From Macrostomum lignano (Eukaryota): a stretch of 64,000 bases of DNA. Location: positions 62,001 through 126,000 of the forward strand of contig NIVC01002564.1 in NCBI GenBank assembly GCA_002269645.1. Reading direction: 5' to 3'. The translations under genes were made by a program, and so were the position numbers. This document shows, piece by piece, positions 21,201 through 33,400 of this stretch (position 1 is the stretch's first letter; each line of letters begins with the position of its first letter). The notes below the pieces were generated by a model. It searched no databases. It was not told the origin of the DNA and saw only the letters and a list, made by a program, of their open reading frames with translations.

Positions 21201-23875
21201 TAATTAGTTGTGTCCAGAGATAATTAGTTGTGTCCAGAGAAGATTAGTTGTGTCCAGAGATAATTAGTTCTGTCCAAAGAAAATTAGTTGTGTCCAGAGA
21301 TAATTAGTTGTGTCCAGATATAATTAGTTGTGTCCAGAGATAATTAGTTGTGTTTAGAGATAATTAGTTGTGTCCAGATATAATTAGTTGTGTCCAGAGA
21401 AGATTAGTTGTGTCCAGAGATAATTAGTTGTGTCCAGATATAATTAGTTGTGTCCAGAGATAATTAGTTGTGTCCAGATATAATTAGTTGTGTCCAGAGA
21501 AGATTAGTTGTGTCCAGAGATAATTAGTTCTGTCCAAAGAAAATTAGTTGTGTCCAGAGAAAATTAGTTGTGTCCAGAGATAATTAGTTGTGTCCAGAGA
21601 TAATTAGTTGTGTCCAGAGATAATTAGTTGTGTCCAGAGATAATTAGTTGTGTCCAGAGATAATTAGTTGTGTCCAGAGATAATTAGTTGTGTCCAGAGA
21701 TAATTAGTTGTGTCCAGAGATAATTAGTTGTGTCCAGAGAAGATTAGTTGTGTCCAGAGATAATTAGTTGTGTCCAGATATAATTAGTTGTGTCCAGAGA
21801 TAATTAGTTGTGTCCAGATATAATTAGTTGTGTCCAGAGATAATTAGTTGTGTCCAGAGATAATTAGTTGTGTCCGGAGATAATTAGTTGTGTCCAGATA
21901 TAATTAGTTGTGTCCAGAGATAATTAGTTGTGTCCATATATAATTAGTTGTGTCCAGAGATAATTAGTTGTGTCCAGAGATAATTAGTTGTGTCCAGAGA
22001 TAATTAATTGTGTCCAGAGAATATTAGTTGTGTCCAAAGAAAATTAGTTGTGTCCAAAGAAAATTAGTTGTGTCCAGAGATAATTAGTTGTGTCCAGAGA
22101 AGATTAGTTGTGTCCAGAGATAATTAGTTGTGTCCAGAGAAGATTAGTTGTGTCCAGAGATAATTAGTTGTGTCCAGAGAAGATTAGTTGTGTCCAGAGA
22201 TAATTAGTTGTGTCCAGAGATAAATTAATTGTGTCCAGAGAAGCTTGGTTGTGTCGAAAAAAAAGATCGGTTGTATCCAGATAAGAATAGTTGTGTCCAG
22301 AGAACAGTTGTCGATAAAATAAAGCGCCTGTAACTTGAAAATGAAACACCCCCAACCCAACCCTAATCTCTCACCTCAATCTCATTGAGTAGCAACTCAG
22401 CTAGATCAGCAGACAGCAACAGTCGTGTCTGTTGCTGCTGTCTCGATGCATTATTAACTTCAACAGTAGCTAAAGACTCCTCAACCACAGCTTGAGCTGC
22501 TTCTAGCACAGCCCTACGCCGAACTTCTTGAGGCATGCCAGCAGTCAGAGCTCCCGGCAGCCAGTTGAATGGACAAAACCGAGCCAATTCTAAAAAATTA
22601 ACGCCGCAGTCAAGCCAAGCATACCTGGCGCCAGGCATCAGCACAACAAACTCGCCAGGTCTTTGTTCTAGACGCCATCCAACATTTCCATTGTCATTGG
22701 AAGCCAGACAATACCAAATCCTGGCCTCACCCCAGTGCAGGTAGGACACTGAGCCTGACCAGTCACACTGCCAGGCACCGGCTCCATTGCCAGTTGAAGA
22801 CAAAAATCTTGAACCGATTTGACAGCGCCACCAGTCATTTGGCGACTCAGTGCTTGCAATATTGATAACGCCTGAACAGTCAGATAAACTGTTGGCTAGT
22901 TCCCAGCCGTCTTCTTCTACTAGAGGCAATTGCTTGCCGTACTCAACTGTTGAAGATGAAGACGCTAAAAATGAGGAACACCAATATGCTTTTTCACTCA
23001 GTTTTTCTATTTACATAGTATTCATGTTTTAAGAATGAATACTGCACCATTCCTTCAGATCCTTCAGGTGAGCTAGTGCACCTTCCCATTCCTTCCCGAT
23101 CCTTCATGTGAGCTAGTGCACCTTCCCATTCCTTCAAGATCCTTCAGGTGAGCTAGTGCACCTTCCCATTCCTTCCAGATCCTTCAGGTGAGCTAGTGCA
23201 CCTTCCCATTCCTTCCAGATCCTTCAGGTGAGCTAGTGCACCTTCCCATTCCTTCCAGATCCTTCAGGTGAGCTAGTGCACCTTCCCATTCCTTCCAGAT
23301 CCTTCAGGTGAGGTAGTGCACCTTCCCATTCCTTCCAGATCCTTCAGGTGAGCTAGTGCACCTTCCTTCCAAATCCTTCAGATGGGCTAGTGCAATATTA
23401 TTCCATAATGACACACTAGAGTCCTATTCGCTTCAGATGTAGTAAACTTACCCGACTCAAAGCGGCTCCAGAACTCAGCCTCAACAGCTGCAGGTGTCAT
23501 GGAAAACTGCGCACACTCAGTTGCCTCATTGCGGGCAACAAACTCAGCCAGATGGCATTCTGCAGCCAGGCCTGGTAAATCATTACCACCAATTTTTTGC
23601 CTAGTAGGACAAAATTTAAACAAATCAATGTCCAAACAGAATGGCAGCAGACATCCGCTGAAGTTGGGTTCAACCTCACTATTCTCAAAATTAGAGGATG
23701 CTACTGATTTTTGTTCAGGTGGACACAGCTTGCATATCAGACATCCAGTATCCAATGCAGACAGTTTCTGTTTAACAATTTCAGTTACATAACCAGCTAG
23801 GTCATCCAAATCATCTGGTGTGGCAATGAAAACTGGAGCGATATTCAGCTTTGATAAGCGAGCAGAGAAACTCAT
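12587..23875 (-). CDS. KDM5/lid (JARID1)-family protein, ~1635 aa, 8 coding exons: JmjN, degenerate JmjC, PLU-1, PHD2, PHD3
   Basis: Exons 23875-23452, 22964-22375, 20378-19249, 18370-17914, 16793-16519, 16068-14547, 13780-13574 and 12889-12587 join in phase. Motifs [11 protein letters not shown] (JmjN), [98 protein letters not shown] and [25 protein letters not shown] match remembered KDM5 sequence. Confidence 0.9.
12980..13460. repeat. 20-bp minisatellite (TTGAGGATGTAGGTGAGATT)n
   Basis: Direct reading; last KDM5-like intron. Confidence 0.92.
13818..14450. repeat. 15-bp minisatellite (GCTTAGGGATTAGTA)n
   Basis: Direct reading; KDM5-like intron 6. Confidence 0.95.
16100..16440. repeat. 20-bp minisatellite (ATCGATACTGAATATCATAA)n
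   Basis: Period 20; KDM5-like intron 5. Confidence 0.88.
16842..17890. repeat. Two abutting related arrays: 28-mer (GGCTGGCCCAGCAACTGAGGATCTGGGA)n, then 32-mer (CCCAGCCTAGCAACCAAGGATCTACAAGAGTT)n
   Basis: Periods 28 (17053/17081) and 32 (17521/17553); shared AGCAAC..AGGATCT core. Together they fill intron 4. Confidence 0.93.
18685..19150. repeat. 23-bp minisatellite (GAGTAGGTTTACAGGATGTTTAT)n, degenerate at the edges
   Basis: Period 23 (18691/18714); intron 3. Confidence 0.85.
20565..22310. repeat. 20-bp minisatellite (GATAATTAGTTGTGTCCAGA)n, ~1.7 kb, with higher-order duplications
   Basis: Period 20; variant blocks repeat at 20681/21241 and 21021/21501. Intron 2. Confidence 0.97.
23045..23385. 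repeat. 40-bp minisatellite (CCTTCAGGTGAGCTAGTGCACCTTCCCATTCCTTCCAGAT)n
   Basis: Period 40, ~8 copies; intron 1. Confidence 0.95.
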
Positions 23876-24999
23876 GCTAATAGAGTAATCTGAAATTGAT
23901 TTCAAAGATAATTTTGGCTTATTTTTATCTTTTAGAAATCAAAAAATGCTGCTAAAATATAGTTCTATAACTTGTTTCCATACCATTAATTTTATTACAA
24001 ATTATAAATACCATTAAGAGTTCTTTCTTCTAAATTAATAACCATATATCAAAAGGTATTTTAAAAAACAGTTTTAACATTTTATAGATTACTGCATCAG
24101 CTAAGAATAATTTCTAAAAGCATTAACTAAGCTAAAAAAAGTCTGTTTTATTGTATTACTTTTTCATCATTTTTTGTTTTTTGTCTTTTTTGGTAACTTC
24201 ACTTGCCCTAATATACACATTTTCATTGTTTTTTAGGAAAAGCAAATAATATTACATGCAAAAAAGCATTAAACAGCTGAATAAAATTCAACAAGCAACC
24301 ATATTTACCACTGAAAAAGACAAAGGAAAACAATACAATATATGGAAGGAGTGACCTCTGCTAAGCCTTTCTAAATCAATACTATCAGGTAAAAAATAGA
24401 GGTTAGAATAGGATAAAAATTGTGATTGAGCAAGATTAAGATTCAAATTTTGATAGATTCCTATTCAATATATAAGCCTATATAGAGGACAGACCAAATT
24501 AATTTTATAGGATAAAACATATAGGATTAAAGACATTATACACATTATAGGATAAAAATAACTATTTGGTCATAATAGTTGAATCACAATGAAATTGGCA
24601 ATAGTAAAACTTATTAGTGGTATAGCAATAGAATTGAATAATAACTTTTATAACATATATAAAAATGACTCCAATGAGATTTTATAATTGAGCTGTTTTT
24701 TCCGAAATTAATCACACACATGTACCAATAGACCATTTTAAGTATATAGAAACAAACAGATCTTAGAGATTTAGTATATTGTGATGGACTAACCCATTCC
24801 AACCCCATTGGGGCTTGCTATCCTAACTTTAACCCTTGGTTGTTCTATACAAATAATTCTATGAGGCTGTCTTTATCATAGAAATTTTCACTGTAGCATT
24901 TTTTGTTCTATTTCTTATTTAGATTTTGATTTTGACATTGCCTAATAGCAAACTTCACCAAAAGCAAACACTCATCAAAAGCAAACAATCTTGGCAATT

Positions 25000-26600
25000 C
25001 TCTCCCCAGGCCTTGACATTTCAGAAATTCTCCCTAAAAACTTGAGATTGCAGTAATTCCTGCAAGACTTGACATCTAAGCAAGCAACAAGAGAGCAAGC
25101 AATCCCAGATACCAAGCAACTTTAGATAGCTAGTATTTCCTGATAGAAAGCATGCACCCCTAGCAAGCTAGCGCAACAATTTCCTAAGCTAGTGCAATCA
25201 TTCTTTTCTTATCTAGTGCAATAATCCTTTTCTAAGCTAGTTCAACAATCATTTTCTTATCATGCAGTACAATAATAATTTTCTAGGATAGTGCAATAAT
25301 TACATTCTTAGCTAGTGCAATAATCCTTATCAAAGTTCAATTTTCAATACAATTTTTAATAAACTATATGTAGCTTCTGAGCTTAGCCATGACATTTTAG
25401 AAATTCCCTTTTCCAAGCCTTGATATCTTAGAAATTCTCCCTAAGATTCATAGCAAAGTTTCATATGACATTTTATTTATGTTTTTCAAGATGCTTGTTT
25501 TTACATGATGCTTCCTTTTTGTCTAACAAGACACTTCTATTATTTTTGCATGAACCTTCTTTTATTTTTTGCAATAACTAAGTATTATATGATGCTTTTT
25601 TAGTCTTTTAGGCAATTCCATATGAGTTTTTTGATTTAACCCTAACCTTGCCAAGTCAAAGCATTTCAACAATTCCCACCATAAACTATAGCATTTCAAC
25701 AATTACCAAATGAACCTTGACATTTTGTGAATTTTAGCTATTCTCTTGTGAGTCTTTAACATTGCAGCCATTCTCCCATGAGCCTTAGCATCTCAACAGT
25801 TTTCCTGAGCCTTGAAATCTCAAAACTTCCCTTAGTAAGCCTTGACATCTTAGCAATCCCCTAACCAAGTCTTGACATCTTAGCAATTCCCCAGAAGGCC
25901 TTGGAATCCTAGTGATTTACCCAGTAAGTCTTGACATCTTAGCAACTCCTTATAAGCCTTGACATCTTAGCAATCCCCTCAAAAAGCCTTGACATTGCAA
26001 GTTCCCCAATAATCCTTGACAATTCAGCCCATTCCCCTAGTAAGCCTTGGCACCTCAGCGATTCAACTTGAGCCTGGATATCTCAATAATTCTCCTATAA
26101 GACTTGGAGTCTTAGTGATTCCCCTCTAAGCCTTGACACCTTGGCAATTCTACTAGCAAGCATCTAATAGCAAGCATCTCCAAATAGCAAACACCTGCCA
26201 AAAGTAACCAATCTCAGCAATTTCCTTGACATTTTAGCCTTAATATCTTAGCAATCCCCTAGTCAACCTTGACATCTTAGCAATTTTCCTATAAGCCTTG
26301 GAATTTCAGTGACCCCCCTCCTCCCGTATATAAGCCTTGATATCTTAGCAACTTTCTATAAGCCTTGACATCTTAGCAATCCTCCCAAAAAGCCATGAAG
26401 TCTTAGCAATCCCCATAGTAAATGTTGACATCTTAGCAATTAACTCTTAGTAATCCCATCTTAGCAATTAACTCTCAGTAATCTAAGCATCCCAGTAAGC
26501 CTTGTTATCTTAGCAATTCCCTCTATAAGCCTTGAAATTTTATTAATTCTCCCAGTAAGCCTTGATATCTCATTGATTTTCTTTAAGAGTCATAAGCAGT
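25000..26600. repeat. Degenerate ~30-bp repeat (AAGCCTTGACATCTTAGCAATTCCC...)
   Basis: Motif CCTTGACATCTTAGCAAT recurs many times; it is the reverse complement of the 39140-39540 unit. Confidence 0.8.
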
Positions 26601-27610
26601 ATAGCAATTCCTTCCAAGTCTAGACTATAGATCTGATATTTTCTATGCACCTTGACAGCTTAAAATCCCCCAAATAACCTTTTATGATACTTTTTGTGTT
26701 TGATATTTAAATAATAAAAAATTATATTATTAAGATTCAAACCTTGGTTACTACATTAATAGTTCTATCTGTTCACTTCTAGGCTAGCTCTCATTGTTTT
26801 GATAACTTGAACTGTAGGGCCTAGCACATATAAATTCAACATTCATACCAAGTCAAAGTAAAAATCACATAAAGAAGTCATGACATAATCAATTTCTAAA
26901 TCAGTCTTATAGCAGTCTCAAATAAAGTTAACAATAGAGTTACACAATCGAAAGCAAGTCTTGTGCTATGTTTCTATATTGTGTTTTTAGCAGTTTAAGT
27001 CAGAGTTATAATTCAGTTGTGATGCAATCTTTACATTCTAGCATTTCTAGCATTCTAGACACAGTCAATAGAGAGGAGACTATAATGCATTTCAAGTTGA
27101 AATTTCTTCTCTGCTATTTTTATAATGCATTCCAAGTTGAAATTTCTTCTTTAGCATTCTTAAAATACATTTTTAAGTTGAAAAGTCTATGTGACTTTTG
27201 CAAAAAAAGCATATTTTTTATATTTAATCCTTTTAGCATTGAGCAATTTCTTAATCTTAGCTAAGACATATTATATCACCACAGAAAATTTTCTGTTTGA
27301 ATGGTGCAAGTTTGAAGAAAATTGGTCTTTGCAAAGTCAAGTTAAACCAAAGTTTCTATAGATAGATAGATAGATAGGCAGGTAGATAGTTTTGGTTTTT
27401 AGTATATACTACGCCTATATTATAGGATATAGGTGAAATGGACATAATAAAGATTAGGCTAATAATCAATAGGGCCTATTTAATATAATTTGCTAATACC
27501 ATTCATGCTCACAGGTCCCAGCTATGGTATAGGCCTACCATGGTAACCATACTAATATTATTATGACTAGGTTCTAATTCTAATAAAGGTTTTTGACTTT
27601 ATTGTGATAC

Positions 27611-27782
27611 CAGGGGCGGACCGAGGGGGGGGGGCCATGGCCCCCCCCCTCAGCTCTGCCAAAAAATCCTCAGATGTATTGGTATCATGCTGTATTGGTA
27701 TCATATGGTACCCTAATTGCAGCTCTGGCCTGACCAGACGTGAGGCTTGCCCCCCCTCGATAAAATCCTGGGTCCGCCCCTG
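27611..27782. mobile_element. 172-bp hAT-type MITE
   Basis: TIRs CAGGGGCGGACC(G/C)AGG; perfect 8-bp TSD TGTGATAC at 27603-27610 and 27783-27790. An 8-bp TSD is typical of hAT. Confidence 0.88.
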
Positions 27783-28389
27783 TGTGATACATAACAAAGT
27801 AAGGGCCTTGGGCCCTTGGCCAAGGCCAAGGCCAAGGGCAACCAAGATTTTGAACAAAACATAGGCCCTATATAAATGGCATGAAAAATTCTCTTAGCAT
27901 TACACTTCATAAAAAGGTCATTTCTTGCTATAAGAAACACATTTGGATAGGCCTAACTAATGTTTTATTTTTTGGCCTAGTAGGCCATCTTATTTAATCA
28001 AAACTTTTCATCTAGATCTTTCGTAACTTTAAAAAACGCGAATAAACTAAAAGCTACAAACAACACAACGTTAACGATAACTATGGATTTTGAGAGAGGA
28101 GACTAGAAAAACTGTCGCTGGCCTACTACTTACAATTACAACTTCACTGGCAATGGCGAAGGATTGCCAGACCGTGCCTGGTGTGGGGTTAATTAGTGTG
28201 TTTCTTATAAATCATCGTTTATTTTCTTGATTTAAATGTTGTGCAGTTTAAACGAATGTAAATGCTCGTATGAAAAATTATTTTTACTAAGCCACCTAAA
28301 TATAGCATCTTTTAAAAAATTGCTTCAGCTATAAATTTTTTAAATTCCTGGTTCGGTTTTTAAAAACTTTTGAGATATTAAGGTCTTCG

Positions 28390-28790
28390 TCAATAATGAG
28401 CCTCTTCACGGCAATCGGTTCTAGAACCAGAATAAATTCGAGTTCTAGAACCAGAACCAGTGTGAAATGAGGAGCTTCGAACCCATATTATGTTTGAGAG
28501 TCTTTACAATTTAATTTTGTCGTTCTTTGACTTTGTTTCCTCTTAAATATGACAAAAATGGAATAATTATATAACAATAATAAAAAATTGACGATTTCAA
28601 ATATATTTTACTGTTAAGTGTAAACATGACAACGGTTCGAGAAAATTTCTCGAACCATATTCCAGAACCAAAACCATGTTCCGGAACTGATTCTGTTTTC
28701 GAACCATCAATATGAAGAGCGTGTAACCGGTTCGGAACCGGTTCCGTTTTTCAAACCGCGGCGATATGAATTGAGGCTCAATATGTGACA
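28390..28790. mobile_element. Possible non-autonomous element rich in GGTTC/GAACC palindromes
   Basis: Short inverted ends GAGCCTC...GAGGCTC and internal palindromes (AACCGGTTCGGAACCGGTT). No TSD found. Confidence 0.4.
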
Positions 28791-29769
28791 CATGCATTTA
28801 TAAATCCTTAAGAGTGAGAGTGTCCTATTATAACTCCTAGCTCCTAGATGGCTTTTCTGTGCTATAGAATCAGGAGTAAATTTTAAAAGCTAGGAGTCTC
28901 CTTTAAGGACGTAGGAGACTCCTCAGTGAATGAAGGAGACCTCATTGAGGTTTTGTATAGCGTGCTAATAGATTAAGGAGTGGGGATCGTAGGATTTAGG
29001 AGCTACATGTACATGTAGGAGTTGCCGTTTAGGGGTAAATTTTAGGAGCGTGTGTTTTATAGAAGGACAGAATTTCGTAAGCTCCTAACTCTTAGTTTAT
29101 ATTTCAAGGGTATAGGAGTGTCGATCGATCATTGTCATGTTTTCGGACAGCGACCTACATTATGTATAGGCTCGGACAACGAGGGAGACAAAGATCGGTG
29201 ACCCAGGCAATTTAGGCAAATTATAAACTTCTTCGAAGAATTTCGTACATGTACATGTACTGTGTCACGATTTCGGCTCAATGAGAATCAACTCGCTTAA
29301 GTTAGCCGGCCTGACGAATATCAAATTCGAATTGAACACTGCACTGGACTCGTTGCAACTATGCTTTAAGTGTCGAGCATCAAGTGAGACTTTCGATAGA
29401 GATGGGCCTGAGTATTTTGCTGAATCCGTAAGGAATGCACTGGGCGGCTGCGCAACAATAAGATGGATGATAGAGCGAGTTGATGAGCCTGAGGCAATGG
29501 CGGTGATGTACATGTAATGGCAGTGATTGTATGGTGGCGGTACTCGTGGCGAGAACCTCGTGCGAACGGTAGCGGTGGCGTGATCGAGAATTGGCGGTGG
29601 CGGTGGCGCGACTGAGACTTGGCAGAGGCGTGGCTTAGAACTGTGGCGGAGAGAGAAAGAGGAGAAGAAGAAGAAGCCTAACCCCGGGCGCCCCTGCCAG
29701 ACAGGACTGATAACGAGCGGGCTGGGGTGGGTGCACGACAAAAGCTTAATTTCAGACTAGCATAATATA

Positions 29770-29812
29770 TGCGCGGCCTTCCTATTGGCCGGCGCGAAAA
29801 CCAACTTGAAAA
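29770..29812. promoter_or_regulatory. Candidate (bidirectional) promoter core with CCAAT box and E2F-like site
   Basis: ATTGG at 29784-88 and GGCGCGAAAA at 29791-29800, between the divergent KDM5-like (-) and tetraspanin (+) genes. Confidence 0.4.
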
Positions 29813-30486
29813 CAGAAATTATCGATCGCATTGTACATAGGCTTTACGAACGTCACGCAATGTTGTTAAAACTTCTTGGGCATTACTACTACAAGCAGAG
29901 GTTAGAGTACGAGACCATCAAATTAACAATATTATAGAATGACACTGCTTTCGCTAAAACGACCCTTGTCGGGGGCACCTCAACTGACAACGTCACAACT
30001 CCTTGGAACAACTAGCTCCTAACTATTGATTCTTGAACTCTTAAAAATCAATTCACTCCTTGTTAGAAGCATTCCTGTCTGCCAAGCGTTTGAGGTGAGA
30101 GTTGATCGCTGAGGTGAAGATGGGGGTCCCTGCAGGGCCCGCCCCCAACACAGCGCGCCTTGGCAAGCAGGTCTGCACACTCGTTGCCAAGAAATCTAGC
30201 GTCGCTTAATCTAGGATCTATTTGAGCTCCACTTTCATATTCAAAATTCTTGTAAATGCATGGCTACGTCAGATTTACAAGTCTATAAATAGATATTTCG
30301 GTATAACTACTGCCTTTATCAAAAATTCTATTTCAAACAGTCTATGGTTAGCATTAAATGTCTATACAAGTACGCGCATGCGGATTAGATCGTTTAGCGA
30401 TGAAAAATTTAAATTAGTAAAATTATACTATAGCAAAAATCGATCTACATGCATGTAAACACTGTTAAGCTATCTTCATAGAAAAT

Positions 30487-33400
30487 ATGTTGTACAGTTT
30501 CTGGTGCAACCTAAGTAGCACCAGAACGGCTTTGCTGTCAATTAATGTTGCCTTTCTTCTAGCCGGCATCGCTTTGAAAGTCGCCATTCAGTTGACAATC
30601 AACACGCCGGTGGTGTCCAAGATCAACCTGCTGGATTCGTTGGACGCGTGTTCGAATGCTCTGATTCCGATATCGATTGTTGGTTTCGCTGGTGCCTGGA
30701 TGAAGAATCACACTGTACTGTTTATGTACCTGTTGTGTACATTCCCTCTCTGTCTAATTCAGTTCTCAGTCTCATGCAGCTGTTTGGCAGCCGACTCGAA
30801 TCAGATCAAAACCATTATTGAGGCCGGCTGGAATCGGGCCGGCGATGCGAAGCGAGCAGAGGCTCAGGTAAATTCGCATTAAATGAAACTTTGATGGCCT
30901 GTGATTTTTTGAAGTGCATCACAAGGACAACTAAAGCAGCGTATATACAGGACGGGACACTCACGTTTCATGGGAAAAAGTTTTGAAGGCCACTTTTCGT
31001 CGAAAAATACACTACGGAGATAGGAAGTTTTCATTTTTCCAGCACAAGAACTGTTATTGCTTTCGATCGGAGGCAGACCCAATTTTCATATTTTGATTTG
31101 TCGATATGTTTTTTTTATTAGAGGCAGGGGGTTGTGTGCACCCTGGCGCACTTTAAGCGACATAGGCACACAACCGGCGAGAGGCATTACTGCCCATTCC
31201 GCCGACTCCCCTGAGCAGGCATACAAGCGCGCGGATACGTACGCAAGCACACACTCACACAGGAGTGTACAGCGGCCCTAACTTTATTTTATCGTTAGGC
31301 ATGTACACTTCACTGCGCCTTGGGGGGTTGGCTCTGAAGGCCGTTAATTGCACGAGCAGAGCCAAGCCGAGATTCCAATTCAGCCCCAAATTAATGTGAC
31401 TGCACTTGGAATCGAGCCTGGGCCGCTGGCACACCAGAGACTGCGCTAGACCGCTGGGCTACGGCCCCCTTTTGTCGATATGTTGTTTTGATATTAATTT
31501 TTTATTCTACGCACATTTTCTGTACCTAAAAATCATAAAAGAGCATGGCACAGCTCGAATCTTTGGTTTTATGAATCTATTTTATCATATCTGTTACACA
31601 TATATTTTTACACAGTCAGCAGCTGAGAATGACAAAATAGATTCATAAAACCAATGAGCTGGGCCGTGCCATTTTAATGGTTTTTAGGCACAGGACATGC
31701 TATTGTACGTAGAATAAGAAAATAATCGTAATTTTCTAAACAAAAGGCTTTATGAATATCAATAAAGCTAGAAAAAAGGCACAACATATCAAAAGATGAA
31801 CACTGGGTCTGCCTCCTATCGAAAGCAATAACAGTTTTTGTGCTGAAAAACTGATAACTTCCTATCTCCGTAGTGTATTTTTCGGCGAAAATTGGCCTTC
31901 AAGATATTTTCCAAACATTTCAAGTGTTGCATCCTTATACTTTAGTAGTCCTTGGTGCATCACCGAAACAAGAACTACATGTATTTTGTTAAAAGTTTAG
32001 TAAAAATTATGGTTTGTTGATGTTCTCGACTTAATTTGCATTCAACCGTCGAAGACATGCGCGCGCACTTGTCGGCGCTTCGGCAACTCCGTCACTCCGT
32101 CTTTCGTCAGTTCCTGAAGCGCGCCCCCTACGACGCTATAACATTACCAGCTCCATTGTTTCTTTCCAAACTTTCGAAACGAACCTCAATAATATACACT
32201 CTTCATTGCGGATCCCGCCCCTTGAGATTGCGATCCCTGGCAAAGCAACCATGACAAGAGAAGGCGTTGGTGACCGCCTTGATCTCCCTCCGGTTAAGTC
32301 TAAGTCATCATTTTTTCAGATCTCTGTCCGAAGTGACGCAATTTTCTGGCGTGGAGAGAGTGGAGATTTATGGCCTAGAGATCGGGATTATTAAAGCTTC
32401 CCTATGTTTTCCACTGCGTGTTTCGGAGTGGAATTATTCTACTTTTTGTTGAGTGTATTTTATATCGCTTTTAATATAGCATTTTGCAGCCCATTTGGGC
32501 TTACGCGCATTGAATTTAATCCAAGATATGTTTGTCAAAGTAATGGAGCTTTTGTCTATGGCAGCAAGGCTGGCGCAGCGGCATTTAATTTGGTCCAACA
32601 AGCATCCATTTGGTCCAAACACTCGTGAGCCATTGGACAAACTCCTGCCTTCTCGCAACAGTCTGCAGGTTGTTGCGCACCGCTGGAATGTCAGCGTCTC
32701 TACCAAAAATTTTCAGTTGCTTTTCCAGAGCTCTGCTGATAGTCGAAATCTGATAACCAACTGGAGCTGTTCCCTCAACTTCTGCTGCATTTTCTGAAAC
32801 GTCAACAAAGGGTTCGTCTCCACTGCATCGAGTAGCAGTTGGACCTGAGGCTCTCGAGCAACTTTCCTTGGCGATTGCCACCCTTTCGCAGGCAATCTCT
32901 GCCGGCAGAGTTTCAAGGCGCTCCTGGATGCTGTAAACCACCTTTTCTTTTACATTCAGCAACCTTGCAATGTCCTTTGGGTGTTCACCTCCGTCGAGTG
33001 CTTCGATCACAAGCCAATGACATTCGTTCAACAGCCTAGCATACGGTCCACAATTCTGGGACTGAGCTGCAAATGAACTAAATGGACCAAATTGATGCTT
33101 GTTGGACCAAATTAAATGCCGCTGTGCCAGCCTTGCTGCCATAGACAAAAGCTCCATTACTTTGACAAACATATCTTGGATTAAATTCAATGCGCGTAAG
33201 CCCAAATGGGCTGCAAAAAGCTATATATAGTGAATCTAAGCAAAATAGTTATTAATATTCAGTGCTTTCACTTTACTCAACAGTAGCATGATACGAGTGG
33301 TATGCGCGTGAGACGCAACACAAAACAATTCTTCGAATCAAATTTTGCAGACAAAATACAAATGCTGCGGCCTGTACCATTCCGGGTACGTCAGCGATCC

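Noticed and set aside
23387-23451. LVCHYG as the KDM5 VEYG motif
   Set aside because: It lies past the GTAAGT donor at 23451; the real TVEYG is in the next exon.
12587-23875. Calling the dead JmjC gene JARID2
   Set aside because: It has KDM5-specific PLU-1, PHD2 and PHD3 sequence and lacks ARID, the opposite of the JARID2 architecture.
29265-29741. 158-aa ORF upstream of KDM5-like
   Set aside because: Non-ATG start, no recognisable domain and no donor linking it in frame; more likely 5' UTR or outron.
31400-31468. Functional tRNA gene
   Set aside because: No complete cloverleaf or anticodon arm; it continues into a SINE body with an A-rich tail and TSD.
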